Assembly (NCBI GenBank): GCA_965116015.1
Contig: OZ220477.1
Span: 711,940 to 775,939, forward strand
Length of the DNA stretch: 64,000 bases
Source of the DNA: Dehalococcoidia bacterium
GTDB lineage: Bacteria > Chloroflexota > Dehalococcoidia > Lucifugimonadales > Australimonadaceae
Direction: 5' to 3'
The notes beneath the pieces were generated by a model. The model saw only the letters and a list, made by a program, of their open reading frames with translations. It was not told the DNA's origin and made no database searches. Positions 47,117 to 57,398 of this stretch are shown here, one piece after another (within the stretch, counting starts at the first letter, position 1; every line of letters begins with the position of its first letter). Made by a program: the position numbers and the translations under genes.

Positions 47117-48052
47117 ATGGACTTCGACATAGCCTTCCGCGGCGTAACCCTCTTCGGCTTCGAGGTGCGCTTCTACTCCATCATGATCCTCGCCGGACTC
47201 TTCGCCGGCATCATCCTCGCCCAGCGCGAAGCCCGACGCCTCGGAGAAGACCCCGCCCACGTCATCAACTTCGCCGTCGTCGGCGCAGCTTGCGCCCTCG
47301 TCGGCGCCAGGCTCTACCACGTCATCGACCAGTGGACCTTCTACTCCGCCAACCCCGCCCAGATCTTCGCCCTCCGCTCCGGAGGCATCGGCATCTTCGG
47401 CGCCATCGCCGGCGCCGCATTCGCCGTCGTCGCCTACGCCTGGATCGTCAACCGGCGCGCCCGCCGAACCTCCTCACCCCCCCTCAGCTCCCTCCGATGG
47501 CTCGACATCGGAGCCCCCGCATTCCTCCTCGGTCAAGCCATCGGTCGCTGGGGCAACTACTTCAACCAGGAACTCTTCGGCCCCCCATCCGACCTCCCCT
47601 GGGCCATCCCCATCGACCTCGCCTACCGACCCCTCCAGTACTCCGAATCCACACACTTCCACCCCCTCTTCCTCTACGAATCCCTCCTCAGCTTCCTCGG
47701 CGTAGCCGTCCTCCTCTGGATCGGCCGCCGGTACGCCCGCAAACTCCGGCGCGGCGACATCCTCCTCGCCTACCTCGTCTGGTACTCCCTCGAACGCTCA
47801 GCCCTCGAATTCCTCCGCATCGACAACTGGAAGATCGGCCCTGTCCCCACAGCCCACATCGTCGCCATCGCCCTCATCGCCATCGCTATCGCCGCCTTCC
47901 TCTGGTGGCGACGACCCCCCTACCTCGGAAACGCCGCCGCCAGCGACTCACGCGACAACCCCCAAGGACGACGCTCCCGCTCCTCCCAGCGACGCGAACA
48001 ACGCCGCGCATCCTCACCCCCCGAACAACCCGAAACCCCCGCCTCCCCCTAA
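47117..48052 (+). CDS. lgt: Prolipoprotein diacylglyceryl transferase
   Basis: FRVRFYSIMILAG-type N-terminus, GRWGNYFNQELFG, WAIPID. Confidence 0.9.
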   Translation: MDFDIAFRGVTLFGFEVRFYSIMILAGLFAGIILAQREARRLGEDPAHVINFAVVGAACALVGARLYHVIDQWTFYSANPAQIFALRSGGIGIFGAIAGAAFAVVAYAWIVNRRARRTSSPPLSSLRWLDIGAPAFLLGQAIGRWGNYFNQELFGPPSDLPWAIPIDLAYRPLQYSESTHFHPLFLYESLLSFLGVAVLLWIGRRYARKLRRGDILLAYLVWYSLERSALEFLRIDNWKIGPVPTAHIVAIALIAIAIAAFLWWRRPPYLGNAAASDSRDNPQGRRSRSSQRREQRRASSPPEQPETPASP

Positions 48053-48094
48053 CCCTCTCCCGGCCACAGCCCCCCGCTCGCTCCCCCTCGCTCC

Positions 48095-49942
48095 CTACTC
48101 CACCGTAACGCTCTTGGCGAGATTCCGCGGCTGATCAACATCGTTCCCCAGATAGTCCGCCATCTCATACGCAAGCAACTGCGCCGCCACCGTCGCCACA
48201 ATCGGCTGCAACAACTCAGGACACTCAGGCGCCCAGACCACATCGTCCGCGTGCTCCCATATCCCCTCATTCCCCCGAGTCGCCACAGCAATAACGATCC
48301 CCCCTCGAGCGCGCGCCTGCGACATACTCGCCAGCGTCTTCTCGTACATCTCATTGCTCAGCGCAAGCGCCGCCACCGAAGTCTCCCCGTCAACCAGCGC
48401 GATCGGCCCATGCTTCAACTCCGCCGCAGACATCCCCTCCGCGTGGATATAGCTCACCTCCTTCAGCTTCAGCGCCCCCTCCCGCGCGATCGGCTCCAGC
48501 AAACCACGCCCTATGAACAGCAACCGCCGCGAACGAACATGCCGCCGAACAATCCGCCGAACATCCTCCCGCGCCAGCGCAATCGCATCCCCCAGCAGGG
48601 CAGGGAGCCGCGACAACTCCTCAGCACGCGCCTCCGCCTCCTCCCTCTCAAGCGCCCCACGATCCTGACCCAGCGCGCACGCCAGCAGATACATCGCCGC
48701 CATCGACGTCGTCATCGTCTTCGTCGACGCCACCCCAATCTCCGGCCCAGCCCGCGTCAGAACAGTCCCCTCCGCCAACCGCGACGCCTGGCTCCCCTCC
48801 ACATTCGTTATCGCCAGCGTCCGAGCCCCCCGACGCCCCGCCTCATGCAGCGCCTCCAGCGTATCCGCCGTCTCCCCAGACTGCGTAACCCCCACCACCA
48901 GCGTCCGCTCGTCAACAATCACGTTCGGCCTCCGAAACTCCGCCGAACTCTCCGCCCACGCCGGAATCCGCGCAAGCGCCTCCAGATAACGCGCCCCAAC
49001 CTGACCCGCGTACACGCTCGTCCCCATCCCCAGATACACCGCCCGATTAAACCCCAACCTCTCCTCAGCCGAGAACGGCAGCTCCCCAAGCGACACCCGC
49101 GCAGGCCCGAACGACAACCTCCCCCGCAGTGCGCTCATTGCCGACTCCGGCTGCTCCAGCATCTCCTTCAACATAAAATGCTTGTGCCCGCCCTTCGCCA
49201 CAACCGCCGGACTCATAGCAATCACCCGCCTGCCCCCAGACGTCCGCTTCCCGTCCAGCGTCATCGCCATCCACTCCCCCGGATGCGCCGCCAAAGCCTC
49301 CCCCGGCTCGAGCGACGCAACCTCCAGCGCGAACGGCGCCAGCGCCGGCGCATCGCTCGCGATATACGTCTCACCCTCGCCCCCACCCGCCAGAATCCCC
49401 CCCGCGTTCCCCACACGCACAGCGACAACCGTGTCCGGCGTCCCCGTATGCATAAACGCAATAGCGTGCGCCCCCCGCAGGCGCTGCGCCGTCAGCCTCG
49501 CCGCCTCCTCCAGCGACGCCCCCCTCGCCAGAAACTCCTGCGCCAGATGCGGAATCACCTCCGTATCGGTCGCCGACGTAAACCTATGACCGTTCGCCGT
49601 CAGCTCCTCCCGCAGCTCCCCGTAGTTCTCCACGACCCCGTTGTGAACAACCACCACCTCCCCCGAGCCGTCGACGTGCGGATGCGCGTTCGCGTCCGAC
49701 GGCGCCCCATGCGTCGCCCACCGCGTGTGCCCCACCCCCCGCGACCCGCTCATCGGCTGCTCCTCCACCAACCGCAGCAGATTCTCCAAACGCCCCGCCG
49801 TCTTCCGCATCTCCAACCTGCCGCGCTCATCGATAACCGCCGCCCCCGCGCTGTCGTAACCGCGATACGCAAGACGGCTCAGCCCATCGAGAACGATCCC
49901 CGTAGCGTCCCGGCGCCCAACATAACCGAAGATGCCGCACAT
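48095..49942 (-). CDS. glmS: Glutamine--fructose-6-phosphate aminotransferase
   Basis: MCGIFGYVG N-terminus, two SIS domains, C-terminal KSVTVE. Confidence 0.95.
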   Translation of the reverse strand: MCGIFGYVGRRDATGIVLDGLSRLAYRGYDSAGAAVIDERGRLEMRKTAGRLENLLRLVEEQPMSGSRGVGHTRWATHGAPSDANAHPHVDGSGEVVVVHNGVVENYGELREELTANGHRFTSATDTEVIPHLAQEFLARGASLEEAARLTAQRLRGAHAIAFMHTGTPDTVVAVRVGNAGGILAGGGEGETYIASDAPALAPFALEVASLEPGEALAAHPGEWMAMTLDGKRTSGGRRVIAMSPAVVAKGGHKHFMLKEMLEQPESAMSALRGRLSFGPARVSLGELPFSAEERLGFNRAVYLGMGTSVYAGQVGARYLEALARIPAWAESSAEFRRPNVIVDERTLVVGVTQSGETADTLEALHEAGRRGARTLAITNVEGSQASRLAEGTVLTRAGPEIGVASTKTMTTSMAAMYLLACALGQDRGALEREEAEARAEELSRLPALLGDAIALAREDVRRIVRRHVRSRRLLFIGRGLLEPIAREGALKLKEVSYIHAEGMSAAELKHGPIALVDGETSVAALALSNEMYEKTLASMSQARARGGIVIAVATRGNEGIWEHADDVVWAPECPELLQPIVATVAAQLLAYEMADYLGNDVDQPRNLAKSVTVE

Positions 49943-49948
49943 CGCGCG

Positions 49949-50713
49949 CTAACCCGCCGCTTCAGGAAACCCCTCAGGCGCACCCGCAAACCCGCTCGCC
50001 GCCTCCCGATCAAGCAGCCACTGCAACGTCCCCCGCTCAGGACGCACCCGCGCCGCCGGCAGCAGCGGCTCCGCCAAAGACTCCGGACCCAACGCCCGCG
50101 ACGCCGCCCACGCCTTCGACGCCCCCTGCGCCAGAATCAGCGCCCGCCGCGACGCATTGATCAGCGGAAGCGTCGCCGTAACCCGCCAGCCATTCTGCGG
50201 CCCCGCCCGAGTCGCCGTGAAAAGCAACTCCTGCTCAGACAACGCCCCCGCCCCCGGAAACAGACTCGCCGTATGACCATCCTCGCCCACCCCCAACAGC
50301 ATCAGATCCGGCCTCGGATACCCCCCGTCGAACATCTCCCGCAGCCGGCGCTCCGCCTCCGCCGCCGCCCCCTCCGGATCCCCTCCCGACGTATCGATCG
50401 CGATAATCTGACCCGCCGGCACAGCAACATGATCCAGCAGCGCCGCCCGAGCCATCCCCTGATTACTCTCCGGATGATCAGCCGGCGTCCACCGCTCGTC
50501 CCCCCAGAACACATACGTCGACTCCCACGGCATCAACTCCGCGAATGGAGCCTGCGCCAGCAGCTCATACAGCGGCCGCGGCGTCGTCCCCCCCGAAAGC
50601 CCCCACACGAACCTGCCCCGAGCCTTCACCGACTCCGACGCCGCCTCCACCGTCAAACCCGCCGCCGCCTTCGCCAGCAGCAGCCCCGAATCGTACGTCC
50701 GCACAATCGCCAT
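49949..50713 (-). CDS. pgl: 6-phosphogluconolactonase
   Basis: LSGGTTP, FWGDERW, LLGVGEDGHTASLFPG. I prefer the start MAIVRT. Confidence 0.85.
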   Translation of the reverse strand: MAIVRTYDSGLLLAKAAAGLTVEAASESVKARGRFVWGLSGGTTPRPLYELLAQAPFAELMPWESTYVFWGDERWTPADHPESNQGMARAALLDHVAVPAGQIIAIDTSGGDPEGAAAEAERRLREMFDGGYPRPDLMLLGVGEDGHTASLFPGAGALSEQELLFTATRAGPQNGWRVTATLPLINASRRALILAQGASKAWAASRALGPESLAEPLLPAARVRPERGTLQWLLDREAASGFAGAPEGFPEAAG

Positions 50714-50723
50714 CTCAGCCCTC

Positions 50724-51635
50724 TCACCCCCCCGCGCGCCGCACAGAATGCCCCCCAAACTGATTCCGCATCGCCGCCAGAAGCCTGAACCCGAACTGCG
50801 ACGTATCCCGCGAACGAAACCGCGCCTGCAACGCCATCGAAATCACCGGAATCGGCACCGCAAGCTCCACCGACTCCTCAACCGTCCACCGACCCTCCCC
50901 CGAATCGTCAACCCACGGCGCAATATCCGCAAGCCCAGAATCCTCCTCGAGCGCGCTCGCCGTCAGATCCAGAAGCCACGACCGCACAACGCTCCCGTGC
51001 CGCCAAACCTCCGCAATCTGCGCCACATCCAGCCCGAACCCCTCCTTCGCCTTCAGCAGCTCGAACCCCTCCGCATACGCCTGCATCAACCCGTACTCGA
51101 TCCCATTGTGAACCATCTTCGTAAAATGACCCGCCCCCAGCGGCCCCACATGCGCATATCCCCGCTCCGCCGACGGCGCCAGCGCAAGAAACGCCGGCTC
51201 CGCAGCCGCAACGCTCTCCGCGTCGCCCCCCACCATCAAACAATAACCCTCCGACAACCCCCAAACCCCTCCGCTAACCCCCGCGTCGACCATGCGGACC
51301 CCGCGCCGCTGCAGCGCAGCCCCTCGCCGCATCGTATCCTTGTAATTCGAATTCCCCCCCTCAATCACAATATCCCCAGACTCCAACTCCTCCGCCAGCG
51401 CCGCCACAGTCCCCTCCGTCGCATCCCCCGAAGGAACCATCACCCACACAACCCGCGGACCCGCCAGCAACTCCCTCATCTGCTCCACCGACTCCGCAAC
51501 CTCGATTCCCCGGCTCCCCGCCGCGCCCCGCGTGTCCGGATCGCGGTCATACGCCACCACCCGGTGGCCTCCCTTCTGGATGCGTTGCGCCATCGCTCCC
51601 CCCATCCGTCCCATCCCTATCATCCCTATCTCCAT
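50724..51635 (-). CDS. gnd: 6-phosphogluconate dehydrogenase (decarboxylating), short Gnd-like form
   Basis: IGMIGMGRMGGAMAQRI, EGGNSNYKDT, VDAGVSGGVWG, HFTKMVHNGIEYG. GAGAGGAGG RBS. Confidence 0.85.
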   Translation of the reverse strand: MEIGMIGMGRMGGAMAQRIQKGGHRVVAYDRDPDTRGAAGSRGIEVAESVEQMRELLAGPRVVWVMVPSGDATEGTVAALAEELESGDIVIEGGNSNYKDTMRRGAALQRRGVRMVDAGVSGGVWGLSEGYCLMVGGDAESVAAAEPAFLALAPSAERGYAHVGPLGAGHFTKMVHNGIEYGLMQAYAEGFELLKAKEGFGLDVAQIAEVWRHGSVVRSWLLDLTASALEEDSGLADIAPWVDDSGEGRWTVEESVELAVPIPVISMALQARFRSRDTSQFGFRLLAAMRNQFGGHSVRRAGG

Positions 51636-51883
51636 CGCCCGCCTCCTCTCTCTCCGACTCTCTCCGATTCCCCCAAACTCTGGCTTCGGAGCCTCCCGCA
51701 ACAGAGAGCCTCCCTACCGGGACGAATCGACCGACTGTCCGCCCCGCGACCCCGCAACGCCCCCCCGCAACAAGGAAATCCTACGTCGCGCTACTGATGC
51801 GCGGCACGGATAACGCACGCCCACCGTAAACGGGGAAATCTCCGCTCCTTTTTGCCGCTCCTCGCCTCCGAAAACCTCCAGCC

Positions 51884-52981
51884 TCAACTGCGCGACGCCG
51901 CAAGCTCGCCAAACTTCGCCGCCACACTCGCAACCGCGTCTTCGAACGACTTCGCGAACGCCGCAACCCCATCCGCCAAAAGCCTGTCCGTCACCGCCTT
52001 CATATCAACCCCTGCCTCCTCGATCGCCCGCAGCGTCCGCGCAGACTCCTCCCCCTTCCCCTTAATCGTCGATTCCGACCTCCCATGATCCAGCGCCGCC
52101 CGCAACGTATCCGGCGGCATCGTATTCACCGTATCCGGACCAATCAGCGCATCCACATACAGCGTATCCGGATAACTCGGATTCTTCGTGCTCGTGCTCG
52201 CCCACAGCGGACGCTGAACCCGCGCCCCCCGCTCAGCCAGCGACGCGAAATCCTCCCGGCTGAACCGCTCCTCGAACATCGCATACGCCGCCTGAGCATT
52301 CGCGATCGCCGCCTTCCCCTGAAGCTCCGGATAACCCTCCAGCAACGCATCCGCCGCCGTATCCACACGGCTCACGAAAAACGACGCCACCGACGCCGCC
52401 CGCGACAAACTCATCCCCTTCTCCGCCAGCTGCTCCAAACCCTCAACATACGCGTCCATCACCCTGCTGTAAGCGTCCAGCGAAAAGATGAGCGTAACGT
52501 TCACATCCACCCCCTCCGCAATCAGCACCCGAACCGCCGGAATCCCCCCCGGCGTCGCCGGAACCTTAATCATCACATTCGGACGCTGAAGCAAACCCCA
52601 CAACCGCCGCGCCTCCCGAACCGTCCCCCCAGTATCGTGCGCAAGGGTAGGGGACACCTCCAGCGACGCGTACCCATCCACCCCGCTCGTCTCGTCGTAC
52701 ACCTGCCGCAGAACATCCGCCGCATCCCGAATATCCTCAACCATCAGCGCCTCGAACGCCTCCGCCGGCGTCTTCCCCCCCGCCGCAAGCTCCGCCAGCG
52801 CATCATCGTAGTAACCGCTCCCCGACACCGCCCTCTCGAAAATCGTCGGATTCGACGTCAGACCCGCAACCCCCTCTCGCGCAAGCCTCCCCAGCTCCCC
52901 AGTCGTCAGCATCTCGCGCCGGATATAGTCGATCCACGTCGACTGCCCCAAAGCCCTGTTCCGCTGAATCACATTCTCCAT
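51884..52981 (-). CDS. tal: Transaldolase
   Basis: GQSTWIDYIRR, TSNPTIF, MIKVPAT. Confidence 0.9.
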   Translation of the reverse strand: MENVIQRNRALGQSTWIDYIRREMLTTGELGRLAREGVAGLTSNPTIFERAVSGSGYYDDALAELAAGGKTPAEAFEALMVEDIRDAADVLRQVYDETSGVDGYASLEVSPTLAHDTGGTVREARRLWGLLQRPNVMIKVPATPGGIPAVRVLIAEGVDVNVTLIFSLDAYSRVMDAYVEGLEQLAEKGMSLSRAASVASFFVSRVDTAADALLEGYPELQGKAAIANAQAAYAMFEERFSREDFASLAERGARVQRPLWASTSTKNPSYPDTLYVDALIGPDTVNTMPPDTLRAALDHGRSESTIKGKGEESARTLRAIEEAGVDMKAVTDRLLADGVAAFAKSFEDAVASVAAKFGELAASRS

Positions 52982-53039
52982 AACCCATTCCCTCCTCGCG
53001 ACGCCCTTGCTGCCCTATCGCGCCCCTGCCGCCCCTTGT

Positions 53040-53273
53040 CTCCCTGACTGCCTCTGCCGCTACTGCCGTCCTGCCTCTATGCCTCCCTAGCCGAGCCGCC
53101 CCTGCGGTCCCTGCCTCCCTAGCCGCCCCTGTCGCCCTCTTGTCGCCCAGCTGCCTCTGCCGCCCTCGCCGCTTCCTGTCTCGCCCGCTGCCGCTCCTTG
53201 TCTCGCCCGCTGCCGTCCCTATCGCAATAACGCCGCTGCCGGTCGCTGCTTTGTCCCCCGCTGCCTCCTGCTC
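53040..53273 (-). repeat. Pyrimidine-only-like (+ strand) CTGCC-rich spacer between rpiB and tal; GGCAG repeats on the transcribed strand
   Basis: I count at least 12 CTGCC pentamers. Internal tandems include tgtctcgcccgctgccg x2 (period 24) and cctccctagccg x2. Confidence 0.7.
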
Positions 53274-53726
53274 CTACTGCCGCGATGTCAGCTGCGACGC
53301 CTCAACGGCCAGCCCCTTGTTCAAACGCCGCACATGACGCTCCTCCCCGGAAAACTCCGCCCTCAGAAACGCCTCCAGAGCCTCGCGCGCGCACTCCGCC
53401 CCAACCACCCGCGCCCCCAAACACAGCACATTCATATCGTCGTGCTCCACACCCTGACGCGCCGAATACGTATCGTGACACATCGCCGCCCTTGCCCCAG
53501 CCACCTTATTCGCCACAATGCTCGCTCCCACCCCGCTACCGCACACCACCACCCCGCGATCCGCCTCCCCACGCGCCGCCGCCTGAGCCGCCAGAACAGC
53601 GAAATCCGGGTAATCGTCAAGCGGATCCACCGCATGCGCCCCCAGATCAACAACATCGTGCCCCAACCCTCGCGCCACCGCCAAAAGCTCCCCCTTCAGC
53701 GCGAACCCCGCATGATCCGCCGCCAT
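53274..53726 (-). CDS. rpiB: Ribose-5-phosphate isomerase B
   Basis: AADHAGFALK, VVCGSGVGASIVANK, DMNVLCLGARV. The start is either ATG 53726 or TTG 53738. Confidence 0.85.
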   Translation of the reverse strand: MAADHAGFALKGELLAVARGLGHDVVDLGAHAVDPLDDYPDFAVLAAQAAARGEADRGVVVCGSGVGASIVANKVAGARAAMCHDTYSARQGVEHDDMNVLCLGARVVGAECAREALEAFLRAEFSGEERHVRRLNKGLAVEASQLTSRQ

Positions 53727-53914
53727 TGCTACTCGCAACCCTCCGCCTCCTCCGCCCCCCGGAATTCCCGCCCCCCGACCCCAACAATAACAAACGAACG
53801 ACGCCCTCGCAGCAAGCCCGCCCCTCCCCCGAACGACCACTCGCCCCCAAGCGCAAAGAAGCCCCCTCAGGATTCCTGAGAGGGCTTCGCATCATCGCCG
53901 TTGCCGTTCTGCCG

Positions 53915-54217
53915 CTACCCTTCCATCATCGAACGAGGACGCCTGCCCCGCCTCCGGATTGGCGGAGCCTCCACCCAGAAGTACACCGAATCCTCAGCCT
54001 TACGCACCTGCAGCGACTTCCCCAACGCCGTCGCAGCATTCGTAAGACGACGGCGAATCGCATTCGTCGTCTCCCCCTCCTTCGCCGTAAGCTTACCGGC
54101 CTGCCCCTCCGGAACACGGTCAATATAGCCCATGTACTCGCGCAATATCTGCGCGCGCTTTCCAGTAACGCTGCTCGCCTGAGCCTCGCCCAGCGCCAGG
54201 ACATTGAATATCGGCAT
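53915..54217 (-). CDS. Hypothetical 100-aa protein with a basic RRRGRRPR (AT-hook-like) tail
   Basis: AAGGAG RBS before ATG 54217. No family recognised. Confidence 0.35.
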   Translation of the reverse strand: MPIFNVLALGEAQASSVTGKRAQILREYMGYIDRVPEGQAGKLTAKEGETTNAIRRRLTNAATALGKSLQVRKAEDSVYFWVEAPPIRRRGRRPRSMMEG

Positions 54218-54709
54218 CGATTCCACTCCTTGCACGTTAGTCGCTGCGCTAAATAACACAGCTTACGCCCCCAATCCTAAGCCATTAATGAACTCCTCGC
54301 AACCCCGCGCCTAACGCCCCCATTGCGCCCTCAATAAACCCCAACGAAACCGCCCCCAGACGCCCCATCCCCAACCCTCATTCCACGCGAAATAACCTCC
54401 TCATTCCCCCGCATTCCCCCCGAACTCACAACCTCCCCCTCCACCCGTTCCGTTCCACGCGCGCGCCGCCCACACAACTCCTCGCATCCGCAACTCCCGA
54501 CCCCGAACAGCAACCGAACGCGCTGCCCCGTTCCCCAGCCGAACAACCCTCCCCAACCCTCGCAACACAGCGCGACCCTCACCAAGTGGATGCCGCACAG
54601 TCCCGATGCGCCGCACCCCTCGCAACGCAACGCCCGCCCCGCGCCCAAGCGGCATCTCAGGTATCATTGAACCCTCAGCCCGATCCACTCCATCACAGGT
54701 CGCTCGACT

Positions 54710-55510
54710 ATGAACCCCCCTCCCAACCTCCCCATCATCGACTCCCACCACCAACTCAACGCCGCGACCGCCCGCCCCGCCGAACTCGCCCCCATCCTCG
54801 CCGGCAACGGCGTCCAACGCTCCATCCTCATACAGCCCGAGCCCTCAACAGACCACACCCGCGACGCCCTGGCGCTCGCCGACGACTCCCCATTCGTCGC
54901 CGCGGCAGCCGTCTGGGCCGACCTCAACACCGCATCCCTCTCCCCCGCCCTCGACCAGCTCGCCCGATCCCCCAAACTCCGCGGCCTCTGCCTCAACCTC
55001 AACAACTACGACAACGCCCCCCAGCTCGCCCGCGACCCTATCCTCGAATCCCTCCGCGAAACCGCCGCCCGCGGACTCAGCCTCGACATCATCGCCTCCC
55101 CATCCCACATCCCCTCCGTGCGCGCCCTCGCAGAAGCCATCCCCAACCTCCAAATCGCCCTCGCCCACCTCGGATCGCCCCGCATCGCCCGCGGCGAACG
55201 CGAACCCTGGGGCGTCCACATGCTCAACCTCGCCCCCCTCAACAACATCTCCATCAAACTCAGCGGACTCCTCTCCCTCGACCCGCAACCCCAACCAAAC
55301 CCCGCCCGCCTCAAACCCTTCGTCGAAACCGTCATCCGCCTCTTCGGATACTCCCGCCTCATGTTCGGCAGCGACTGGCCAGCCCCCAGAACCCTCAACG
55401 CCTACCGCCAGACCCTCCAAACCTCCATCGACGCCGCCTCCCCCATCGCCCAACCCCAGCTCGCGCGCCTCCTCGCCGGAACAGCCGCCGACTTCTACCG
55501 CCTCGACTAA
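54710..55510 (+). CDS. Amidohydrolase-2 family protein
   Basis: IIDSHHQL N-terminal metal motif, ALAHLG and MFGSDWP C-terminal motif. Confidence 0.7.
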   Translation: MNPPPNLPIIDSHHQLNAATARPAELAPILAGNGVQRSILIQPEPSTDHTRDALALADDSPFVAAAAVWADLNTASLSPALDQLARSPKLRGLCLNLNNYDNAPQLARDPILESLRETAARGLSLDIIASPSHIPSVRALAEAIPNLQIALAHLGSPRIARGEREPWGVHMLNLAPLNNISIKLSGLLSLDPQPQPNPARLKPFVETVIRLFGYSRLMFGSDWPAPRTLNAYRQTLQTSIDAASPIAQPQLARLLAGTAADFYRLD

Positions 55511-55627
55511 CAGCCTCCCATTCGCTACAATTCCCCCCGCCGCGCCCCAATCCCTCCTGCGCCCCCCCTTGCCGCGCCCTCGCGCAACCCGTAACCTAAA
55601 CCCAACGCCCGCCGTCAGCCTGCGTCA

Positions 55628-56287
55628 ATGAGCCGCCCCAAAACCACACTCATCATCCTCTCCCTCATCGCCATTGCCGCCTCGGCCGCCTGCGGCGGCG
55701 CCGACCCCCAACCCCCAACCCCCACGCCAACAACCCCACAGCAGCCCACTGCGCCATCCCAAAACCCCGGAGCAACAATGCCGCAACAATACAACGCCCC
55801 TCCCCCCATCACCATCGACCAGAACAAATCCTACTCCGCAACCTTCAAAACCGAGAAAGGCGACATCATCGTCGAACTCTTCGACGACAAAGCCCCAGCA
55901 ACCGTCAACAACTTCATCTTCCTCGCCCGCGAAGGCTTCTACAACAACACAACCTTCCACCGCGTCCTCCAAAACTTCATGGCCCAGGGCGGAGACCCCA
56001 CCGGAACCGGCAGGGGAGGCCCCGGCTACCGCTTCCCCGACGAATTCCACCCAGACCTCAAACACGACAAACCCGGCATCCTCTCTATGGCCAACGCCGG
56101 ACCCAACACCAACGGCTCCCAATTCTTCATCACCCACGTCCCAACCCCCCACCTCGACAACCACCACGCCGTCTTCGGGCAAGTCGTCCAGGGCCTCGAC
56201 ATCCTTATGAACATCAGCCTCCGAGACCCCCAAACCGCCACAACCGACGGCGACAGAATCCACACCATCGAAATCACCGAACAGTAA
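55628..56287 (+). CDS. Cyclophilin-type peptidyl-prolyl cis-trans isomerase, probable lipoprotein
   Basis: Signal peptide ending AASAAC|[33 protein letters not shown]. Confidence 0.9.
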   Translation: MSRPKTTLIILSLIAIAASAACGGADPQPPTPTPTTPQQPTAPSQNPGATMPQQYNAPPPITIDQNKSYSATFKTEKGDIIVELFDDKAPATVNNFIFLAREGFYNNTTFHRVLQNFMAQGGDPTGTGRGGPGYRFPDEFHPDLKHDKPGILSMANAGPNTNGSQFFITHVPTPHLDNHHAVFGQVVQGLDILMNISLRDPQTATTDGDRIHTIEITEQ

Positions 56288-56338
56288 CCCAACGCCGCCC
56301 CCAGCGGCCAAAACCCACCTTCCAACAGGAGACAACAT

Positions 56339-57346
56339 ATGAAGATCCGCGCAGAGTACATCTGGGTCGACGGAACCAAACCCACCGCCAAGCTCCGCTC
56401 CAAAGGCAAAATCATCGACCAGGGACAACAACCGCCCATCTGGGGATTCGACGGCTCCTCAACCGCCCAAGCCGAAGGACACGACTCCGACCGCGTCCTC
56501 AACCCCGTCTTCTCCTGCCCAGACCCCGTCCGCGGAGAACCCAACATCCTCGTAATGTGCGAAGTCCTCATGCCCGATATGACCCCCCACGCATCCAACA
56601 CCCGCGCCGCCTGCGCCGATGCCCACAACAAGTACGCAAACCTCGAATTCCTCTTTGGCATCGAACAGGAATACACCTTCTTCAAAGGCACCCGCCCCCT
56701 CGGATTCCCCGAAGGCGGATACCCTCCCCCACAGGGCGGCTACTACTGCGGCGTCGGCGCCGACGAAGTCTTCGGTCGCGACGTCGTCGAAGCCCACCTC
56801 GACGCCTGCCTCGAAGCCGGCCTCGGCATCTCAGGCATCAACGGCGAAGTAATGCCCGGACAATGGGAATTCCAGGTCGGCCCGCTCCCAGCCCTCGAAG
56901 CCTCCGACCACCTCTGGATCGCCCGTTGGCTCCTCTACCGCACCGGCGAAGATTTCGGCATCAACGCAACCCTCGACCCCAAACCCGCCCGCGGCGACTG
57001 GAACGGAGCCGGAGCACACACCAACTTCTCAACCAACGCCATGCGCTCCTCATACCAACCCAACATCGACGCCGCCGAAGCCCTCGGAACCCGGCACGAC
57101 CTCCACATCGCCAACTACGGCTACCGCATCGAAGAACGCCTCACCGGCCTCCACGAAACCGCCTCCTACAAGGAATTCAAATACGGCGTCTCCGACCGCG
57201 GAGCATCCGTCCGAATACCCTGGCAAGTCGAACGCGACGGCAAAGGCTACATCGAAGACCGCCGACCCAACGCCAACATGGACCCCTACACCGTAACCCG
57301 CCTCATAATGGAAACCGTCGGCCAAGCCGCCACCGCCAACGCCTAA
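56339..57346 (+). CDS. glnII: Glutamine synthetase, type II (eukaryote-like)
   Basis: AEYIWVDG, WGFDGSST, GIEQEYT, GEVMPGQWEFQVGP, GAGAHTNFS, SVRIP. Confidence 0.85.
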   Translation: MKIRAEYIWVDGTKPTAKLRSKGKIIDQGQQPPIWGFDGSSTAQAEGHDSDRVLNPVFSCPDPVRGEPNILVMCEVLMPDMTPHASNTRAACADAHNKYANLEFLFGIEQEYTFFKGTRPLGFPEGGYPPPQGGYYCGVGADEVFGRDVVEAHLDACLEAGLGISGINGEVMPGQWEFQVGPLPALEASDHLWIARWLLYRTGEDFGINATLDPKPARGDWNGAGAHTNFSTNAMRSSYQPNIDAAEALGTRHDLHIANYGYRIEERLTGLHETASYKEFKYGVSDRGASVRIPWQVERDGKGYIEDRRPNANMDPYTVTRLIMETVGQAATANA

Positions 57347-57398
57347 CCAGCCCCTGTGCGGCCCCTCCCCACACCCCACTGCGCGGAGGGGCCGCCGC

